From Methanocaldococcus jannaschii DSM 2661 (GTDB lineage Archaea > AGJL01 > Methanococci > Methanococcales > Methanocaldococcaceae), in assembly GCF_000091665.1 (NCBI RefSeq), contig NC_000909.1, forward strand, positions 653,581-685,580: a DNA stretch of 32,000 bases. Direction: 5' to 3'. Below are positions 26,035 to 32,000 of the stretch, in pieces; the first letter of the stretch is position 1; each line of letters starts with the position of its first letter. The translations under genes and the position numbers were made by a program. The notes beneath the pieces are model-generated. The model made no database searches. It saw only the letters and a program-made list of their open reading frames with translations, and was not told the DNA's origin.

Positions 26035-27063
26035 TTATTGAATTGTACTGTTTATTCTCTGATGATATATGTGTGGAGCATTAATTCCCCCAATACCTCC
26101 TCTACTAGTATTTAATTCATTAGTAAGATTATTTATATTTTGATGATAGATGTGTGAAGCATTTTTATTTTCTTGGATTTTACCTCTTTTCATTTTACTC
26201 CACATTGGATGTAAGTGCAATTTAACCCTAACCATCTGCTCCTCCTGAAGTTGAACCATTATTCTATATGCTTCCTGATATCTATTCTGTTCCATTAATT
26301 GTTCAACTTCTTTCAACTTCTCCTCTAAGTCAGTGACATTAACACCCATTCTCTTCAACATGAGGATTCTTCTTTCCATTATTCTTATTCTATTTTGTAG
26401 CATTAACTTAACTTTAACTTTTGGGATTTGTTTAATTTCAATTTTCAACCCATTCTTTTGCAATTTCAACATCAATTTTGAATAGTTACAGAATGGACAA
26501 ATTGGATTTTCAATAATTTCAACTTTATTTATTCTTAATTGCAATTTTTGTGGTTCAACACTTAAATTTACTCCATTAGTTAATAAGACTAAACAGGTTC
26601 CGTTCTTTATTAATCCCATTGTTTCATTTAAAGCAATATCATCAAATCCATGGCAAACGCAGACAGTTGTATTATTTCCAAAAGCATATCTAAATTGATT
26701 TTGGAATCTTAAGGTTACATTAGCGTTTGTTTCATATCTATTACTTCCTCCAATTCTCTCAACAGTTATTCCAACATTCTCTAAGGCAGTTGTGTAATTT
26801 TCAACTACTGCCAAAGGTCCTCCTATAATTATTACTTTATCTGGATTTAGTGCTAATATTTCATCAATTAAGCTTTCGTTGTAGATTCCCCATTCAGTTG
26901 TTATTACAGTAGCGTTTAAAGCATCTGCAACCTCTAAGGCAGTGCATTGGTCTGCACAGTTGTCACTTACTAAAACCACATCTGTTGCAGAAATTGATGG
27001 GATTGCTACCGCTGAAACTAACGGAATCGCCATTAGCAGTAGCAACATCAGTTTTTTCCACAT
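26035..27063 (-). CDS. Secreted protein with a CWB2-like (cell-wall-binding repeat 2-like) domain, a coiled-coil region and a C-terminal duplicated HIYHQ motif
   Basis: Signal peptide MWKKLMLLLLMAIPLVSAVA. GGPLAVVENYTTALENVGITVERIGGSNRYETNANV resembles CW_binding_2. The C-terminus repeats ASHIYHQNIN and APHIYHQRIN. Confidence 0.55.
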   Translation of the reverse strand: MWKKLMLLLLMAIPLVSAVAIPSISATDVVLVSDNCADQCTALEVADALNATVITTEWGIYNESLIDEILALNPDKVIIIGGPLAVVENYTTALENVGITVERIGGSNRYETNANVTLRFQNQFRYAFGNNTTVCVCHGFDDIALNETMGLIKNGTCLVLLTNGVNLSVEPQKLQLRINKVEIIENPICPFCNYSKLMLKLQKNGLKIEIKQIPKVKVKLMLQNRIRIMERRILMLKRMGVNVTDLEEKLKEVEQLMEQNRYQEAYRIMVQLQEEQMVRVKLHLHPMWSKMKRGKIQENKNASHIYHQNINNLTNELNTSRGGIGGINAPHIYHQRINSTIQ

Positions 27064-27079
27064 TTTCTCACCTCAAATA

Positions 27080-27271
27080 TTATTTTTGTTTAAAAGGAAT
27101 ATAAGCTTTACTGTTATTTTTGTTATTACTTTTTAATAACCATTTAAGTGTTAGTAGGACTATAATGATTCCTCCAATTAAAAGAATTATCCAAAATATC
27201 ATCCAGAAAATCCAAATAAAAGCAAATGGAAATGGTGAAAAGAAAGCATGATGATAACAACATATTGGCAT
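27080..27271 (-). CDS. Small single-pass membrane protein starting MPICCYHH
   Basis: 63 aa with a Trp/Phe/Ile-rich transmembrane segment. GGTGTGACAT precedes the ATG. Confidence 0.5.
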   Translation of the reverse strand: MPICCYHHAFFSPFPFAFIWIFWMIFWIILLIGGIIIVLLTLKWLLKSNNKNNSKAYIPFKQK

Positions 27272-27304
27272 ATGTCACACCATAAATATTTTATTTTTTT
27301 GTTA

Positions 27305-27715
27305 TTATTGTTGCCAGCAACAACATCCACAATGGCAATGACATCCATATCCTCCTCTCATCCCATATCCGTAATGAGAGGCAGGATGATTCGTAAAGAT
27401 GAATCCAACCAATTCTCTGTCATAGTATAGAGGATACTTCTCACCAAATGGTGTATTGAATGGCTCTCCAACCTCTAATTTACTTAAATCAACATCTTTC
27501 CATAAAACTCCAACTATTTTCCCATCTATCTCCAAGTGAGAGAGGTTATAACCAAACGGTGTTGTGTGCTGAACAACCTCTGCAGTTTTTAAAATATCAA
27601 CTGGATTTATATCTGTATTTTCAGTTGTCTGAGTTTGATATGCCATCCATGGTGGAAAGGCATAAGCCATGCCTATCAATGCAATTCCCAATATTACCAT
27701 TAATAGTTTTTTCAT
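27305..27715 (-). CDS. Secreted protein with a C-terminal Cys/His-rich tail (GYGCHCHCGCCCWQQ)
   Basis: Signal peptide MKKLLMVILGIALIGMAYA. The tail is HYGYGMRGGYGCHCHCGCCCWQQ-stop. AGGTGAAAAA precedes the ATG. Confidence 0.6.
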   Translation of the reverse strand: MKKLLMVILGIALIGMAYAFPPWMAYQTQTTENTDINPVDILKTAEVVQHTTPFGYNLSHLEIDGKIVGVLWKDVDLSKLEVGEPFNTPFGEKYPLYYDRELVGFIFTNHPASHYGYGMRGGYGCHCHCGCCCWQQ

Positions 27716-27839
27716 TTTTTCACCTGAAGGGTAGTTATAGTATATGTATCTTTTTAACTACATATAGTAGTGTAAGAAAACAAATATATAAATTTTACTA
27801 AGTTGTGAAAATTATTGCACAACCATGAAAATAAAAAAT

Positions 27840-28574
27840 TTATTTTTTTAGGGCTTTTTCCACTACCTCAAATGCAATATAACCAGCCTTATGTAAAATA
27901 GTGTCTCCTAACTCTTTATCCATCTCCATACTGGCTAAACATGGATAGTTGTGGTGGGCATTTGCAATCTCTTCCTTTAAATCATCTATAGCCTTTCCTT
28001 TCAATCTTTTGGCTATATAATAGGTTTCCCCACAGGGAGCAGAGATTTTAACCTTAACATCTTTAATAAGGCCATTTTCAACTTCTATCTCCAATTCTGG
28101 CTTTCCTATCTTAAAGTAGTCAATAAATTTATTTATATATTCATTACCCTCTTTCTTCTCCAATGAACAGAAGGGTTTTGGGTTTTCGAACTCAATATTA
28201 TAGTTGCTGCAAACTCTCTTTAAATCTCTCCTCAATGCCAAAGACAAATCATGTGGTGTTTCAGAAGGAACAATTAAAGCTTTATATCCCTTTTCTTTTA
28301 ACAGTAGAGGAAGTTCATACAACAAATCTTCATGTAGTTGAGCTATACAAATATCCCCCTCTGGGAGTTCTGGAAGGTAATCGTAAGGGTTATCAACAAA
28401 CTCCTCATAAACTTCCTCAATAACGATATTTTTCACATTATTCTTAAAAGTCCAGTTTCCTCTGCAATTGTAACAATCATCACAAATTCTACAAAAATCT
28501 GGTTCATTCAAAAGGTTTTTATAGAATTTCTCCATTCTTTGATTATTTTTGTGGTAAATAAAAACTGCCCTCAT
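27840..28574 (-). CDS. DUF166-like protein with a CX2CX2CX2C motif (family once proposed as an archaeal thymidylate synthase; assignment from memory)
   Basis: Contains FCRICDDCYNCRG and further conserved-looking Cys (PFCS, SAPCGE, YPCLAS). The likely start is the ATG at 28574 after AGGGGAGAG. The track start is a TTG. Confidence 0.5.
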   Translation of the reverse strand: MRAVFIYHKNNQRMEKFYKNLLNEPDFCRICDDCYNCRGNWTFKNNVKNIVIEEVYEEFVDNPYDYLPELPEGDICIAQLHEDLLYELPLLLKEKGYKALIVPSETPHDLSLALRRDLKRVCSNYNIEFENPKPFCSLEKKEGNEYINKFIDYFKIGKPELEIEVENGLIKDVKVKISAPCGETYYIAKRLKGKAIDDLKEEIANAHHNYPCLASMEMDKELGDTILHKAGYIAFEVVEKALKK

Positions 28575-28628
28575 AAACTCTCCCCTACAATTTTTATAAA
28601 AAGAATTGATGTTTAATACCAAAAATTT

Positions 28629-29072
28629 TTAAACTTTCTTAAATATTAACTTCACTTTTTCTTCAGTTTCTGGAACTACATCTGATAGCATCAATCTGCA
28701 GTTATTACTCACACTATAAATTTCTGAAAGCAAATACATAAATGGACATACATATGGCTTTAAGTTTTCTTCCATTAATTTTTTGAGGAAGAGGTCTAAT
28801 GTGGGATTTATAACTTCAAATATTACTTTTTTATCTTCTTCAACAATATTCAAATCCTCAGATAGCCCAAAAGTATTCACAAATAAATTTTTAATCTCCT
28901 CATTACTCATGTTTTCCTTTATAAAACCCAAATCTTTAAGTAGTTTTATCATCTCATAAGATGCTCTCCTTCCTAAAACCTTTCCTCCATCCCCCATAAC
29001 ATCATATATTGCCTTATTTATGCTGTAATAAAGAGCAGAGACAAATAAACTATCAATTCCTTTTTTGTTCAT
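28629..29072 (-). CDS. Hypothetical cytoplasmic protein (weak V4R-like pattern)
   Basis: An ORF in operon context. The start is uncertain: a TTG at 29108 or an ATG at 29072. It carries a PYVCPFMYLLSEIY...C motif. Confidence 0.45.
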   Translation of the reverse strand: MNKKGIDSLFVSALYYSINKAIYDVMGDGGKVLGRRASYEMIKLLKDLGFIKENMSNEEIKNLFVNTFGLSEDLNIVEEDKKVIFEVINPTLDLFLKKLMEENLKPYVCPFMYLLSEIYSVSNNCRLMLSDVVPETEEKVKLIFKKV

Positions 29073-29115
29073 GATATCAATCCCAAAAATACCTCTACTA
29101 CATACCAATTATATT

Positions 29116-29448
29116 TTAAAACAAAATAACATTCCCTAAAGCCAATATAAACATCATTCCCATTAAAGCTAAATGAGCTGAATATATTCCAGTATTTTGA
29201 AACTGGGTCTTTAATATATTGCATATAGTTGGGCAAACTGTTAAAGGAGTTATTACTTGAAATGCTATTGCTAAATAACCTATTATATTATTGCTTATAA
29301 ATAATGACGCCAATGTTAATATAAAAGCTATCATTAAAGATGCAAAGTGTGGCATTAACCTCATTCCTGTCAATCTAAATGTGGCAAATCCTGAAAGCAT
29401 TGCTCCAAATATTACAGATAGAGAAACTAAACTTATTATCTCGTTCAT
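29116..29448 (-). CDS. Small integral membrane protein (3-4 predicted TM helices)
   Basis: Hydrophobic throughout. The likely start is the ATG at 29448 after GGGTGAGATA. Confidence 0.55.
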   Translation of the reverse strand: MNEIISLVSLSVIFGAMLSGFATFRLTGMRLMPHFASLMIAFILTLASLFISNNIIGYLAIAFQVITPLTVCPTICNILKTQFQNTGIYSAHLALMGMMFILALGNVILF

Positions 29449-29462
29449 TATCTCACCCTTTT

Positions 29463-30281
29463 TTATAACCAAACTGGTCTAACATTTGGTTTTGATAGAT
29501 AGTTTAGAAATGTTGGTGCTCCAGCAATCTCAAAACCTTCCTCTAAGTTTTTCTCATTAATTCCTCTAAACTCTGCACTCAACTCACAAACATAAATCTT
29601 AACCCCTTTACTCAAAATATCCCTAACTAAATCTCCTAATTTTGGAAATGCTGGATGCTTAACTCTATCACATTCTCCTTTTAAAGCCAAACTTGCCCCA
29701 TCCATCATTAAGAATATTGTTGGCTTTAAGTTCATTTTTAAGGCAACATCTGCCATCATGAATGTTGCATAAGCCTTTTCAGCATTTCCTGTTCCTGTTG
29801 TGTTTATAATGAAGAGTTCATCAATCTTTGTTACCGCTGCTTTTTCTTCTTTCTTCTCTCCCTTTTTAACCAATATTCTGTAAGTTCCGTCTCCTTTATC
29901 TTCAACTTTTATTATCTCATTGCCCATTCCCTTCAATCCTTCAGTTAAATCAGTTAAGGAATTTTTTCCACAGATGATTTCTAAAATCTCCCCATTCTTC
30001 ATTTTTGATAACATGTCAGAGACCATCATTATAGGTCCTGGACATGTAGCTCCAACAACATTGATGGTTTTATCTGCCTTAATCTCTCCAACGTAGATTT
30101 TAACAACATTTCCATCAACTTCATACTTTAGGTTGTATTTTTTTAATAACTTCTCAATGTCTTTTATCTGCTCCTCCCCGTCAGTTTCAACAACTAAAAT
30201 CCCCTCCTCTGTGTCATTTAAAATCATATCTATTAATAATGAAGGACTTCTCAATCCTTTAACCTTAAACTTTCTTATCAT
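29463..30281 (-). CDS. Fusion protein: degenerate TusA-like domain, intact TusA/SirA-like domain (CPGP) and C-terminal DsrE/DsrF-like domain
   Basis: VVGATCPGPIMMVSDMLSKMKNGEILEI is the TusA CPxP motif. The first domain has GLRSPSL, where the Cys is lost. The C-terminal LFIINTTGTGNAEKAYA...KIYVCELSAEFRGI is DsrE-like. The likely start is the ATG at 30281 after AGGTGATAAGA. Confidence 0.65.
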   Translation of the reverse strand: MIRKFKVKGLRSPSLLIDMILNDTEEGILVVETDGEEQIKDIEKLLKKYNLKYEVDGNVVKIYVGEIKADKTINVVGATCPGPIMMVSDMLSKMKNGEILEIICGKNSLTDLTEGLKGMGNEIIKVEDKGDGTYRILVKKGEKKEEKAAVTKIDELFIINTTGTGNAEKAYATFMMADVALKMNLKPTIFLMMDGASLALKGECDRVKHPAFPKLGDLVRDILSKGVKIYVCELSAEFRGINEKNLEEGFEIAGAPTFLNYLSKPNVRPVWL

Positions 30282-30487
30282 TCTTATCACCTATGTCAAT
30301 ATTATGCACAAGGATTGTATAAAAAAATTATAAATTAATAATTCACGGTTGTGTTATATCTATGAACAAGTATTAACACTCATAATATATAAACCTTTCG
30401 ATTAAAAGTTTTTAAAATTATTGAGGTTTTACTAAAAACAATAAAAACAAAAGTTATCATACTTTCAAAATTTAAATATATAATTAT

Positions 30488-31243
30488 TTATAATCTATAA
30501 AACCCCTTCGCATTCTTATAAACTGAGGCAATTATCTTTTCCTCATCAACACCAATATTTTTCATATACAACTTAGTTCTTGGTAGTGCATAAATATCCG
30601 CCTTCAAACTACCCAAATCACTACTTAAAATGAATTTTTTGTTGTAATTTTTAATTATCTCTGCGGCTTCTTCGTGGGTTAGCTTCATTGACGGTTGGAC
30701 AGTTAAACCAACATAAACATCCCTATCGATTAAATCAACTGTCTCCTTATTTATATGGTCAATCATAACTAAGCTATCTTTTATTTTAACTTCATCTAAA
30801 ATCTTTAAAATTTCAATTAATGCCTCTTTTTTGTTCTTTTCTGGTGTATGGATAATTATTGGCATATTATAATCTTTAGCTAAATATAACTGCTCTCTCA
30901 AAAGGTTCTTCTCATCCTCTGTTAGATAATGCAAACCAGTTTCTCCAATAGCAACAACGTTCTCATTATCTAAAAACTCTGGAAGTTTTTTTATTAAAAC
31001 CTCCCAATTCTTTGGATACCCCATAGGATGAACTCCAACTGCTACTTTAACTTCAACACCAGCCATCTCTCCCCTCTTAACCTCTAAATTAATCAACCTA
31101 TCCCAGTGGTCTAAATAAACCTCTGGAGTACTCATTTTATATGGGTCGTGAGCACAGGTTATAATTGTCTCAATTCCACTCAATGCCATTTTTTCCAAAT
31201 CTTCAAAGCTCCTAACATCTAAGTGAGTGTGGGCATCTATCAT
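30488..31243 (-). CDS. TatD-family metal-dependent hydrolase
   Basis: Starts MIDAHTHLD, with further His/Glu/Asp metal ligands (GETGLH, IIHTP, SSD). GGTGATAGG precedes the ATG. Confidence 0.8.
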   Translation of the reverse strand: MIDAHTHLDVRSFEDLEKMALSGIETIITCAHDPYKMSTPEVYLDHWDRLINLEVKRGEMAGVEVKVAVGVHPMGYPKNWEVLIKKLPEFLDNENVVAIGETGLHYLTEDEKNLLREQLYLAKDYNMPIIIHTPEKNKKEALIEILKILDEVKIKDSLVMIDHINKETVDLIDRDVYVGLTVQPSMKLTHEEAAEIIKNYNKKFILSSDLGSLKADIYALPRTKLYMKNIGVDEEKIIASVYKNAKGFYRL

Positions 31244-31252
31244 CCTATCACC

Positions 31253-32000
31253 TTAATTTATTTTGTCTTTGAATAACTCTCCACTATAAACTTTGTTTAT
31301 CGTTTTTATTAAAGTTACTATCCAAAAGAAGAACAACAACCAATATAACCCAAAGCCTATGTAATCAACTATCTCAAACCCAAAGATTTTATAAACCAAG
31401 TGTGTTGAAGCAATATAAACCCCTAATGGGAAGATGAATGCCCACCATGACATTGCGTAGGGTAGTTTTAGCTTTTTAACGTAATAGAGAGTCATGATTA
31501 TAGCCATCAAACTCCACCATAATCCAAAGCCCCAGAATATGAAGGAGAAGATATAGAATGGTTCTTTTATAGTTATGAATGGGGAATTATTCACCATGTT
31601 TATTAAGGCAACAATTCCAGCCCCTATTGGCCCCAAGTTAATCCATACGGTTGGAGCCATTGCTGAAGGTAGAGGATGATGCAGTATAAACCTATAAATC
31701 ACAACTGCTAATAAAGCTAAATATAAGAAGAACCCGGCACCCCAACCAAAGTAATTAATAAGAACCGTTAATTCATGCCAAACTCCAGTTAAATGAGGCA
31801 TTATCAAACTCCCGGCAATTGGAATAACTATCAAACCAACCGGTGGAATATACCAACCCGGATTAACATGGTCTAACTTTATACTCTCAGACTTAAACAT
31901 ATAAAACGGAACTATCAAACTGAATAAAAACATGCCAATAGCACCAAAAACCCAGAAGATTTTCCCTAAAAAGAGGTTATTTTTTATTAATATGAAATCA
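31253..32000 (-). CDS. Polytopic membrane transporter, probably TDT (TehA/Mae1) family; the 5' end lies beyond the window
   Basis: A run of hydrophobic helices. The frame stays open from the track's Met at 31933 to position 32000 (...DFILIKNNLFLGKIFWVFGAIGMFLF...). Confidence 0.5.
   Translation of the reverse strand, partial: DFILIKNNLFLGKIFWVFGAIGMFLFSLIVPFYMFKSESIKLDHVNPGWYIPPVGLIVIPIAGSLIMPHLTGVWHELTVLINYFGWGAGFFLYLALLAVVIYRFILHHPLPSAMAPTVWINLGPIGAGIVALINMVNNSPFITIKEPFYIFSFIFWGFGLWWSLMAIIMTLYYVKKLKLPYAMSWWAFIFPLGVYIASTHLVYKIFGFEIVDYIGFGLYWLLFFFWIVTLIKTINKVYSGELFKDKIN

Noticed and set aside
23329-30333. Antisense track ORFs in the right third of the window (23329-23616+, 23773-23961+, 23986-24246+, 24569-24778+, 24990-25178+, 25363-25647+, 26942-27136+, 27248-27430+, 27460-27801+, 28163-28616+, 29291-29482+, 30133-30333+)
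   Set aside because: Same reasoning: they overlap better-supported minus-strand genes and have antisense-type composition.

Overview
AT-rich archaeal chromosome segment whose genes mostly use GGTGA-type ribosome-binding sites. From memory, the proteins look like a Methanocaldococcus jannaschii-like genome, roughly the ABCE1/leuB/argD/fdxA/ptr2/ogg neighbourhood; this is not verified by any search. I saw no rRNA, tRNA or CRISPR array.

Layout, left to right:
- 1-4.2 kb: housekeeping genes plus the Lrp-family regulator Ptr2 and a ferredoxin, transcribed divergently.
- 4.3-8.9 kb: cooS (Ni-CO dehydrogenase) followed by an FrhA/FrhG/FrhB-like module whose large subunit has non-canonical Ni-binding motifs.
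- 9.5-21.4 kb: 19 co-oriented minus-strand genes dominated by O2/ROS-detoxification families. These are two FprA, ISF, a flavoprotein, rubrerythrin, three rubredoxin-type proteins, peroxiredoxin, superoxide reductase and hemerythrin. Embedded among them are HdrC/HdrB-like, CMD-family and DsrE-like genes and two V4R paralogs.
- 21.6-23.1 kb: two tandem membrane polyferredoxin paralogs.
- 23.1-24.5 kb: a TnpB-only IS200/IS605-type element with a frameshifted tnpB and GC-rich structured ends.
- 24.6-27.7 kb: a run of signal-peptide or membrane proteins with unusual Cys/His motifs, plus a DUF2202 ferritin-like protein.
- 27.8-30.3 kb: a TusA-DsrE fusion operon.
- 30.5-32 kb: TatD and a partial TDT-type transporter.

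The strongest non-coding signal is a CG-containing palindrome, CGA-W3-TCG, that recurs in promoter regions. In four promoters it lies exactly 4 bp from an ATTAAT/TATA block. The arrangement is inverted at ptr2 itself. This suggests a Ptr2-centred regulon covering much of the O2-defence island.

Other candidates for follow-up:
- the cooS-Frh-like module;
- the HdrCB-like pair inside the O2 island;
- a GC-rich two-hairpin insert flanked by a 38-nt duplication of a gene's 3' end;
- the secreted Cys/His-rich cluster.
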